DNA from: Microthyrium microscopicum
Lineage: Eukaryota
DNA: 64,000 nt
Direction of reading: 5' to 3'
NCBI GenBank assembly: GCA_010405405.1
Contig: MU004243.1
Location: forward strand, 801,340-865,339
Made by a program: the position numbers and the translations under genes. Shown in pieces: positions 51,892 through 62,191 of the stretch (position 1 is its first letter; the number at the start of each line of letters is the position of its first letter). The notes under the pieces are model-generated. The model was not told the origin of the DNA. It ran no database searches and saw nothing but the letters and a program-made list of their open reading frames with translations.

Positions 51892-52497
51892 GTGAACTAT
51901 CAGCTGTCATTTGATGCACTGCCCAGCTTGACACATATACAATTACACTTATTTATAGGCGACACGATCAATCTTACAGAATCACATCTTAACTGTAGAG
52001 AACTCGAAGTAGCATTGTCAACCTATGCATCAACGTTGATCAGTCTGGATATCAAGATTGATTTCTTGGCTTTGGGGACTATTGGCAATGATGACTGGGA
52101 ACAGCAGATTGGTGATGGAGACAAGCAGCGAGGATTGAGAAGAACGCTTAATTTGAAGCATTATACGGCTCTTAAGCACGTGAAAGTCGATCCGGAACTC
52201 TTGCTCGGCTTCAGTGAGACTCCATCGCCAGAGCTGTCGGACTGTTTGCCAGAATGTCTAGAATCTCTGCACTTTCCGTCTGAGGGAGACCAGTGGTGGG
52301 CGCATAGCTCGCCTTGGAAGACGACTGCTTTACCCCAGAAACTTGAGCGTTATATCGTACAACATGGGTCCTTGAAGGTTATCAAGTATGAACATTTTTA
52401 TGCGGCGAGTGATGAGTCGTGGAAACACTTGACTCCACTCAGAGAGTTGTGCCAGGAGATAGGGATCAGTCTTGAAGAGTCTGATCGCAAGTCCTGA
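51892..52497 (+). other. Possible C-terminal fragment of an F-box/LRR-like protein (5' part missing or degraded)
   Basis: 201 open codons with LxxLxL-type spacing (LPSLTHIQL, LISLDI, LKHYTALKHV, LPECLESLHF). No convincing in-frame ATG. Confidence 0.4.
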
Positions 52498-52864
52498 CAT
52501 TCTTTTGAACATGTGCAACATCTATCGCCGAAACGTAAATATATCGTATACTGTTTCTATCCATAGTTGAAGTCATTGTTCTGCTTTTGGTGGTAGATGA
52601 AACAATCGGCGAACTGAAGCACGGAGAGTGATATTGTTACTGTAAACGCAGAGACTATTCATAATACACTTAGATCTTCGTGTAATAATATTGTAGAGCT
52701 TTCAATATCTTTGCATGACATACTCTCCAACAAACCCAACATCTCATTATGAATTCTGCTTAATAGTGCCGCGAACTACTAAGCAATTGATCTCTGCCTC
52801 AATTCTCCTCCAGTAGCAGTCAGCCCTTTATTTCCGATTGAAGGAAATGATAATGCTTACAATA

Positions 52865-53110
52865 TCAACTTCCCGCATTCTTCTTCTGCTGCTCAAACTC
52901 CCACCTCGCCTTCTCAAGCCTCAGCGCCGCTTCCTTGTTGCGTAGTTCCTTATCTTCGTTATCAAGTCTCTCTGCTCGAGCGGCCTGTTCTTGACGCAAG
53001 TTTGCAGCTTTACGGCTTTCTTCGGCATTGCGCTGTTCTTCGGCTTTCTGCGCGCAGTATGAACAGTTTCTGGCCTCGCCGATTCCGCATCTTGAACATC
53101 CGGAGCTCAT
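52865..53110 (-). CDS. Small protein with two CxxC motifs followed by a coiled coil (81 aa)
   Basis: CACC-ATG Kozak context, upstream TATAAA-like element at ~53232-53238 on the minus strand, CSRC..CSYC motifs and E/K/R/A-rich helical composition. Confidence 0.65.
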   Translation of the reverse strand: MSSGCSRCGIGEARNCSYCAQKAEEQRNAEESRKAANLRQEQAARAERLDNEDKELRNKEAALRLEKARWEFEQQKKNAGS

Positions 53111-54019
53111 GGTGAGTGATGGTAATTGAAAGTGTTGGGAGATGGGGGTGTATGAAAGGTTTAAGTGGTTTGTGAACTCTGTGATAAGCAGGCGAATGGG
53201 ATGAAATTTATGTAGAGAATTTTTGGAGATTTTATAGCGTATGGATCACATGAAATGAGATTGACGTGGTCAAGGTTTACTGGCAGGACGATCGATGCGT
53301 ACAAATTTGGTTTCGCGACCGGTCATATCACTATCGGGTAGAATTCAGCCTGATGCTTGACAGCACTAAGCAATGACACTATCCTTGACCTACAGCACGC
53401 ACAGCCCGCAGCTAGGTCAAGTAAGTCATATGATTCGGTATATCGATAGCAGAAGCTGTTGATTGAAGGCTGCTTGACGTGGATGAAAGCATTTAGCTTT
53501 GAGAAAGGGCCTAGTTTGCGAACGTCATGGCAAATCACACTTGCAGGCTGAACCTGGGCTGTGTAATGATGCATGTGGTCATCAAGTATGGGGCGCGGAT
53601 ACGAGAAAGTCTGGGACCACACAGTAAAGTGCGTGTTTATTGCGCGGCAGGCTGAAAGATCTACTCTTTGAAGCAGGATATTCGATTAAGCCGGGCGGAA
53701 AAGATAAAGCTGAAATCACATCAGGCTGAATTGGCCAAGAGGAGACATAGTCGCAGAAAAATGAGTGGAAATGTCCTCAGCCTGATGATGTCAGGTCGCT
53801 TTCATTTCAACACCAGGCCACTGAGTTCTATACGCCAGTCCGGTCGATGTGGTTGGAGCAATAAAGACCATGATGATGCTAGATAATCATGCCTGGGAGT
53901 TGCGACGTTGCGGAGTTTGCTGTCCAGCATGATTGATCTGGGACTCAATCAGATCGTCAGTCTTAGCCGTGAAATCTGCTCTTATCGTTCATTCCGTTCA
54001 GTGGTTCGACAATAGTCCT

Positions 54020-54507
54020 TCACCTTCCACCCTTCTTCTTTTTCTTCTTTTTCCCACCTTCTTCTGGAGCCTTCTCCTCTATCGCTGGCGCTACCGCAGC
54101 CTGTGGTGCCTCCAGTGCTGTCTCGACATCAACCTCCTGTCCAGCCATACCCATACCCAGCACTCCCAAACATCTTATCAACCGATTTACTTCTGCTGCT
54201 TGGTCGGTTCGGTACTTCAGACACACGCCTGAATTTGGATCGTACGTCTTAATTGTGAGAGTCGCTTGCGGGGCTGTAGATGCGGGGTCATCACTGGTAG
54301 TCTCGGCTGTTCGCTTTCGCTTTTTCGATACTGGTGGGGCGATTGTGTATTTCGATGTTATGCGCGTCTACAAGAATCAGTATGTAAATTGAGAGGGGTA
54401 TAGGTGTATATCCTGACTGTGGTGGGGTATGCGCGGAGGAGAAGGTTGGATTGGGTGAGCCAGTCGGATATGCTCGCGAGATATGGTGGTTTCACTGTTT
54501 GTGCCAT
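54020..54507 (-). CDS. SRP21: Signal recognition particle SRP9/21 subunit; join(54418..54507,54020..54367)
   Basis: PYLASISDWLTQSNLLLRAYPT|TRITSKY...LTIKTYDPNSGVCLKYRTDQAAEVNRLI...GGKKKKKKGGR, with a canonical phase-0 intron. Confidence 0.88.
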
Positions 54508-54669
54508 GCTATCTGGAGTCCTATGGGCGAATATTGTGCAGTTGAACTTGGAGAGTTGTTCAATTCTTGACTGTGGTTGTTGTCAGTTGAGTTGTTGAAA
54601 TGCAATCACGGTCTCGATTTTGATAAGATTTTGTGGCGTCGCACTCTTACGCCACAGTCCCCAGCCACA

Positions 54670-55199
54670 ATTTGCCGTATGCAGAATTATTTTCGGAGGC
54701 GCTTGGACCAGCGAATTCCCGCGCAGCACCCTCGAATTCGACTTCATCAAGAAGAGGGTAAAATAAATAAAAGTAGGCTTGTTAGAATCTACGTTTAGAC
54801 ACCTCTAGACGTATTTGCTATCTTCTTCTTATTTACGTTAGTGAGGGTGTAGTTCTGGTTTGAAAGGAGCCAAAATGGCAAAACTAAAGACTTAAAGATG
54901 CGATTATTATGCCAAGATTTCGCCAAGAGGCCGCCAAGACTTGATATTGAAACTCAAGTTTTCAACACTTTTTGGCAAAAACTAAGACACCTCTCTTAAC
55001 ATAATAGATAACAAATTGAGCCTTAGATATACCTATAGCTAAGAGGGTAGAATCTAAGGTTTAAAAGAGTACACCTTAAATAAATAAGTGCTCGTACCGT
55101 AGTTCTAATCCGCGTCAAAAATATCAGAAAAACTGGCGAGGGTGCTGCGCGTGAATTTGGGTCCAAGCGCCTCCGAAAATGATTCTGCATACGGCAAAT
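54670..55199. mobile_element. MITE-like non-autonomous element (~530 bp) with ~65-bp terminal inverted repeats
   Basis: atttgccgtatgcagaattattttcggaggcgcttggacc...gcgcagcaccctcg (54670-54734) is the near reverse complement of cgagggtgctgcgc...ggtccaagcgcctccgaaaatgattctgcatacggcaaat (55137-55199). The interior is AT-rich and noncoding. Confidence 0.8.
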
Positions 55200-55542
55200 G
55201 ATCAACTTCATACGATAAAGTTGTTTCCAAATGCACGCGAATTCTCACACTCTACAGCATGCTGCTATACTTGAGCACTTCAATGTTCTCTGGCGACATG
55301 AAAGGGTGAAAGCCGAAGACTACGCGGTGGCCTGGCAGCTACACACGCCTCATTGGGTAGTCCATTATGCGATTGTGGTTGACGGAAGGGGCAGGACGTA
55401 GTTTCCGATTGCAAAGTATCGTCATTGCTTCACCGCTGAACAAAGCAGTCGCTCCAAAGCGAGTGAGTAGTTTAAACATTCTGAGGGGGCGGAGGTGAGA
55501 AGTCTTTTCTCTACTCCACTCCACTGCTCGGTACCATGCACT

Positions 55543-56860
55543 ATGTCGAATGCTGAGACCTCCCTCTGGGTCTTAACCGAAACAACCAACATAAGCTCCC
55601 GCTACAGGCTACTAATTCGATCATACATGGCTTTGCAATCAGAGATCAATAGCTGGAGCATCGAGCTCCAAGACCAATTACTACCCCACCAAACAGAGAG
55701 ATTAAGTTTACTTCCTGCAAATGCCCTTGACCCTACGCAAGTTAACCATCACGGCGCTGAACCGGTCCAGTCTACTTCGACAGTCTCGCTTGACAGCTCT
55801 TCAGGCAGAGGTCCTCCTTCCGACCTCAATGAAGTTTCTTCCCCAGCTGCCATCAACCAAGCCTCGGCGATACAAGTCCACAATCCTTCTGACAGCCAAA
55901 CACTGCTGTTCCACATGTCAAGAACTTGGAAGGAGGAGCTTCGCGAATGGATTCACGAGTCACTTGCATGCATTGGCTGTATCTGTCTCGTTGCGGGACT
56001 CACGATTACGCTGCAGTATATCGCTGACAAGCCGCTGCCTGGCTGGTCTGTCAACAGCGTCCTATCCTTCGATAGGGTGGGCTTTAAAGCGGTAATTGGT
56101 TACGTCCTCAGCTCAGTTATCAGCCAGACCCAATGGAGCTGGTTTCGCATGGAACGCGCACTTCGCGACCTCCAGAAATATGACAAAGCTGGACGAGGTA
56201 TTTCGGTGCTGCAAAATGGCTAGCTAGTAAAGGCTTCAGCGAGCCACTGACTGCCTCAGCAACGTTGGCCTTGATCACAGCCATGTTTATTGGTCCTTTT
56301 ATCCAGCAAATGGTTCAGTATACAGACTGTAGCATCGATACTATGCATCTGGCAACCCTCTCACGCACGAACCTTTACAGTCCGTCTATATTAGCTGGCC
56401 AACTTCATGAGACTCTTCTTGATACTAGTAGCACTTGAAATGGCGATTTTTCTTTTATAAGAACAAGGCTTGACACGCATTGCATATCTGCGGGTGAGAA
56501 GAAAGAGCTACAGAATTCAGAGTACGTGATTGAGACTGGAACCCGTTGGTTTGGGATCAATGTGACCGACGGTCAGAAACAGTGATGATCCGTTTCCAAA
56601 AAATGATACGCTTCGACGAATACTACTTGCCAAACAGTGCATATATGTCTTGAACTAGCTATTTGCATATGACTTCAAAAACTACTTTCTTAAATCATTG
56701 TTTCAGGTAACGTCACAGCTTTCATGCGCGGAGCTGATGTCTCTCAATAAGTCGGCCCGCGGGTTTTACTACGGCTCTACAACTTTGGCAATGGTAGCTT
56801 CGAGCGGGTGGAGAGCATGATGGAAAACGCAACTCTGGCAATGACGAACCACATTCGCCA
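55543..56860 (+). pseudogene. DUF3176-like membrane protein pseudogene
   Basis: WKEE...KPLPGWSVNSVLS...SQTQWSWF...LRDLQKYDKAGRG, then a frameshift near 56200 (continuing GAAKWL...GPFIQQMV in another frame), further stops, and MENATLAMTNHIR cut off by AT-rich DNA. Confidence 0.7.
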
Positions 56861-56861
56861 G

Positions 56862-57055
56862 ATACATATATGTATCTTACTTGATTTTATAAAAGCAGTT
56901 TTATTTGTATTTTCGTATATAACTCTAATATATATAAGTATTTTAAGGTACCCATTAGGGATTAGAAAAAAAATTCTTACTTTATTACTTTTTTTAGTAG
57001 TTTTAGTATATAATCTACCAGCGTTGATAGATATACCTGATTATATAGAAATACC
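56862..57055. mobile_element. AT-rich, TpA-rich segment, probable RIP-degraded transposon fragment
   Basis: Abrupt shift to very AT-rich sequence (tatataagtattttaagg...) immediately after the truncated DUF3176-like frame. Confidence 0.45.
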
Positions 57056-57346
57056 CGTTATCCATCGCTGAGGCGCGTGCTCAGCATGCACCAATCTGGA
57101 AGTCTTCCTTTCGTCAGCATTCCGTACATGACCGGAAAGACGAGGTTTAAGTATTGTTTCCTACGAGTTTAACTTCTTGCACAATTTTTATATTGATAGT
57201 TGGTGAGTGGAAGGCCATAGGTCTGTTTCCCGAAAGCGCAGCGTTCCTACATCTGGACAAGAATCTCGCAATCTTTAAGCCTTTCGACTATCTGCATCTG
57301 AGGGTGATACTTGAGCAACAAGAACACGTTTATATTTGCCAATTTT

Positions 57347-59225
57347 TCAAGGGCTGTCTGTAATAGTGATCTTCTGGAGACCTGGAATACTCCCCTTCTG
57401 CTGCGTTACTGTCGCATTGGTTGTTGGTTTGCCCAGTGCTGCCTTCAGGGCCTGTTCATACCTGTCTGGCAAGTGTCCTTCATGGCCTAAAGCGCTTCCC
57501 TTGTTCAAAGTACTGAAAGCACAATGCGTACCAATTGCCCGAAAAGAGCTCTGACCAGGTGTTATTTTGAGAACTGGACTGCCAGAGTTGCCTAGAAACG
57601 TTAGCTGGGCTAGTTTATACATATATGGTTGAGTATCTAACTAACCGCCAACAGTGTCAAGGTCATATCTTAGTTCGTACTTTTCTTTCTGTAAGTGCAT
57701 TGTCTGTACAAGGCCTTCGCTGGAGAACATGACTTCCCCCTCAAGATTCTTGTGCCCAGATGGGGAGTCTCCCGGGTATCCCACAATACGAAGAGTAACA
57801 TTGCTTTCTTTCAGCGGCGCAAACTCTCCAATGATTTGGATCACATCTTTGAAAGGCTTCTCAAGCCTTACGAAAGCCATATCATATCTAGTTTGTCCGG
57901 TTGCATGATATTCTTCATGGATAACTGCTGAGATGCCGTGTATCGCCTCAGGTTTTGTGATTGCATAGTCTGCTTTGCCAGAATATCCAATGTGGGCTGT
58001 GATACTCTGAGCATAGCGACCATAAACAGAGTCATAAAGACAGTGCGCGGCCGTGACAACTGTATCCTTTCCAATACACCAGCCGCTGCCAATGCTAATG
58101 GTTCCAGGCTTCTGGTTCTGGAATTTTATGAACAACTTGCAAACTCCTTGTAACTCGTCAGGTGTCCGAGATTGAAAATGGGGGCATATGTCTCTACCTC
58201 TATATTGCCCTCCTGGTGCAAAATCCGTGTCCGCAACTTCGACTCTAGGGCGTTTGCCAAACAAAGCTTCGTTTAGGGTGTTTTCCAGAGCCGAATTCAG
58301 TACGGGTACTTGTTTTAGGTCGGCGGATTCGGTAACGGTCAACACCTTTGATTTGCGTGGCGTTGACCTGAATGGCCACGACATGAAAATTGTTGACTTC
58401 TGGAAGTCTGGCACTTTCCTCTTACGTTGCTGAACGACCTCACATGCATACTGAAGTGACTCGATCGCAGCTTTAGTACTCGAGATAAGCTCTTCGACAT
58501 CACAGCTACCTGGCTCCCAACTCATGATTCCATTAAGATCGGAAAATGGGTTCCAATTTCCGTACTCAAGCTCACTGAGTGTACGTGCGACTTCTAGATC
58601 CCCAGTTTCAATTATTATGGCTTTCTGTATAGCGCGAGAGAGTGCTGTGTTGTCATCAATCACAGCTTTGCCTATGCCTTGTCAGGTAAGATACTTGCAG
58701 ACTCTATACCCGGTGAAAAGTACAAGAACGTGTTTATAAGTGCGGTACCGAGTTAATGAAAGTACTCTTACCGTTGATCGGATGGTTTGCGTCAAATAAC
58801 ATCTTCAACTGCTCCAGAACTTGTTTGCATAATTGATAATAGGGGCGTTGAGACATGTCATCGGCGATTCGAATGCCATTGACAAACTGGGCTATCTTCT
58901 TTTCGATCAGGAGAACCTGAGTCTTCACCTGAGTATAATCACGCTCTCCTAGGAAGTTAGGCAGATCCATGTTCTTCGCCAACTGTGCAGCGCTGTCATC
59001 CGTCAAAGGACCACTCTCATGCCTTAGCTCTGCTGATGACAATGAAAGCAGAGATTTTATGGTTTTCTGGTAAGATACATACACACCGAACGCTTCGTTT
59101 GCTATGTCCTGAATGGGTTCCCTTGCTTCCCTAATCTTTGCCCGCCGCCTGGCCCTCAACCAGGAGCCAGTATATCCCAAAGACCAAGCAATGAAGCTCA
59201 CAACAACGTTTGGAAGGTATTGCAT
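57347..59225 (-). CDS. Trypsin-fold (V8/glutamyl-endopeptidase-like) serine protease with long N-terminal extension; 3 exons
   Basis: GSGW, VVTAAHC (His), RYDMA (Asp), IVGYPGD, YDLDTVG|GNSGSP (Ser, across intron 57592-57645) and AIGTH. ORF 58734..59225 splices in frame (AAC G|GTAAG...ATAG|GC AAA GCT GTG). Confidence 0.85.
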
Positions 59226-60420
59226 AATGATGTCTTCGGTCAGAGTCGTTGTTCAGGACTTTCTTGAATTAGTGTTTGTTTGAAAGAAGTGTTGACGACA
59301 CGGAAATGAGTACGGGAATAGAAAGTCGGAAGGACAGCGGACACTCTTTCAAGCAATTGATAAGAGCATAAATATGCCAAGTTTACTAAAGACTTTGGAC
59401 CATATGATTTCTTCGCCCTGCAGGTGGCTTGCATTCCGCAGGAACGAGTGAGTGAATAATTGAATTAGGACTTGATCAGGCTGAGAGCCGCAATTTTTGG
59501 GGGTTTCGGGATGCCCCCCGATCTTTCTAAAGCAGCTGCAAGCTTTCTCTAGAACTTTGGTTCAAAAGAGCTTACACTGAATGTGATCCCCGAGATCCAT
59601 GATTGTTTAACCTCATTACCTCACAGGTCCAAGAAATGCTTGCCAGGTATCTATTGTACTCGCCTGCCTACTAGACAACGCAGAGCCTTTCGTGATATAA
59701 TATGCTCGGTGATCATTGTTAGACTCGGTGTCTAACTAGCTGCATCGCTCTACTCCATGCAGACGCCCCAGAGCTGCAAGTATACTTGAAAAGTAACTTG
59801 CTAACCTCAATTTATCATGTGGGACTCATCAGTCAGTTTGCCTTCCATTAAGTCCACAGACTAGAACCTCAATGACCCAAGGACTAACGCAAGATCAAAT
59901 CTAGCATCGCGCCGTAAAGAGATTATTAGCGAGCTCAGTTCTAAAAGCGACCGAGGTCTCGAGTGCTGCAGGTCGAAGAGAGCAACTGTGGCCACAAAGA
60001 GATTGAAGAAGTATTGATGAAGGCGTACCACGTATCAAGGATACACAGGGCTGGAAAAACCTGATTATGCTGCAACTTTGCCAGCATGAGGTGCGGGACG
60101 GATGATTGCGCAAGCGACGAAATTTTGAATCTGCCGCTGTATCCAAGATGAAACTTGAACGGAAGGTTGCGAGCAATATATTGAATGAACCCGCAATATA
60201 CAATCGTTCACAACCTTGGTAAAGGAACGAGCGAATTTGGGGCGGGTCACGCTCGATCATTAGATATTTGGATTCGGTCACGAATAATCGCAAGCTGATT
60301 GAAAGAAGAATCATTAACATTTAACATCCGGGGGTACTAGTATAATAATACAAAAGCCCAACGCCAAGCTCGTGCACAATAATCAAGCTAAACCAGTCAT
60401 CAACACGTTACTACCGAGAT

Positions 60421-60734
60421 CTAGTAGTATGTGCGGTGGGAGCCACGTCCATCAGTACCATGCATGCGGCGAGTGCCAGCAGCCTATGGACTTGATTAGC
60501 ATGCAATTATTATGAGCTTGGAAAAGACTAGGAACATACCTTGAGACCTGGGCGGCGTGTGAGTGTTCCTCGGAGCTTCATGAGAGCGCCTGAGACCTTG
60601 TCGCCAATGGAAGCGCGACGATGTTGGTGGTGTGCTGGGACAGTCTCGACCACAACAGTTTGGTGGGAGTGTGCTGGTGCGCGACGGCGGCGGGAGAAGA
60701 GGCCTCCTGATGAGCGTTGAGTGCGGCGAACCAT
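60421..60734 (-). CDS. Small basic conserved fungal protein; join(60540..60734,60421..60483)
   Basis: MVRRTQR...HHQHRRASIGDKVSGALMKLRGTLTRRPGLK|AAGTRRMHGTDGRGSHRTYY*, with a canonical intron and AAAATG context. Confidence 0.8.
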
Positions 60735-61863
60735 TTTGATGTTTTGGTTTGGTTGGTTTGAAGTTTGTTGGGAAAGTTGTTTGAATTTGAGTTTGAGCAA
60801 GTGAGGATTGAATTTGTTGTTTGATGGTTTGATGGAGAATGTAAAAATGTTGGAGAGTAGGGGTTGTTATATAGACAGTTGTAGAGTGTTGCGAATCTTG
60901 CAAGATTGATATCAATGGAGCTACATCATCGGAATTTGAACCGTGTGTTGCAGGTGCCAACAACTGGCTACATCAGCGGCGTCACTGTTTGATGTCAATG
61001 CAGTAACCAATACAGCGATCAGGCTGAAACGATTGGTGGAGACGGAGTGGGCAAGGCTGAGTGATGTCATTGCCAAGACACAGCCACGGCAGCCACAGGT
61101 ACTTGCAGGGGTCTTTCCAACCTCATCTTTTCCAACTATCACCGCGATATTACAGCGGCTGCATTGTTTACCGACAAAATGACGAGTGTTTTGGTGTTGT
61201 TGGCATTCGTTTGATCTCCTGTCGGAGAGACTCCGACAGGCTTGATAATACGAACCAGATGTGGCGTTCTCTCCAGCCTTGCTAGATCTGAGAATCTACT
61301 ATCGGCATCTCTTGCTTTTGGAGCTGTTCGTCAGGCACGCATTGCATCAACGACCTTGGAAGTAATTCCTATCTACCTCCTTGCTAGCAGGTAATCTACT
61401 TGTACAGCTCACTCGACTCATACCCGAAAACATATCGCGCATTTACGTCAGTCCCAAGAACTCTCTCTGGACAGTGGAAAGCCCTCTCGGATCATCAACC
61501 GTTGGAAAGTGTTCTTGTTTCTAGAACTGCCAGATCCCTGCAGACACGGCACGAACACGTCCCAAAACTGACATCAACTTCCAACTTTTTGTTCCAAAAC
61601 CAAGGCAGGGTCTGGTCACAATATCAGGACCCTGGTTTATGCACACGTTCATTGGCTCTTGAGGTAGGAGTTACTTCCGATGCTGGGCCGCTTTTGGAAA
61701 TAGCCTGCATGATCGTCGCCTTGATCTGGTAAGCCCTTGTGGCGTGGAGCATGTTTCGATCTGGGGTGCTGTGGCGGGCTGGTGGAGATCGAGATTTAGA
61801 GTTGGGGCGCGGCCAAGGATTTATTGACGTGGACGGTGGCAGTGTGGGCAAGGAGGCATTCGT

Positions 61864-62191
61864 TGACACTGCAATTTTAGCGTCCACGCAGTCAACAAAT
61901 CTTTTGCACCGGCCTCAAGTTGAAGTAGTGAGATGACACTGCAATTTTAGCGTCCACGCAGTCAACAAATCTTTTGCACCGGCCTCAAGTTGAAGTAGTG
62001 AGATGACACTGCAATTTTAGCGTCCACGCAGTCAACAAATCTTTTGCACCGGCCTCAAGTTGAAGTAGTGAGATGACACTGCAATTTTAGCGTCCACGCA
62101 GTCAACAAATCTTTTGCACCGGCCTCAAGTTGAAGTAGTGAGATGACACTGCAATTTTAGCGTCCACGCAGTCAACAAATCTTTTGCACCG
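61864..62191 (+). repeat. Perfect tandem repeat, 70-bp unit x ~4.7
   Basis: Unit tgacactgcaattttagcgtccacgcagtcaacaaatcttttgcaccggcctcaagttgaagtagtgaga starts at 61864, 61934, 62004, 62074 and 62144 (last copy partial). Confidence 0.97.

Noticed and set aside
59901..60320. 139-aa ORF and a faint ankyrin-like GHKEIEEVL stretch on the plus strand
   Set aside because: Single weak motif amid stops; insufficient support.
61864..62191. CRISPR array
   Set aside because: Units are identical end to end with no variable spacers, there are no cas genes and the context is eukaryotic. It is a minisatellite.
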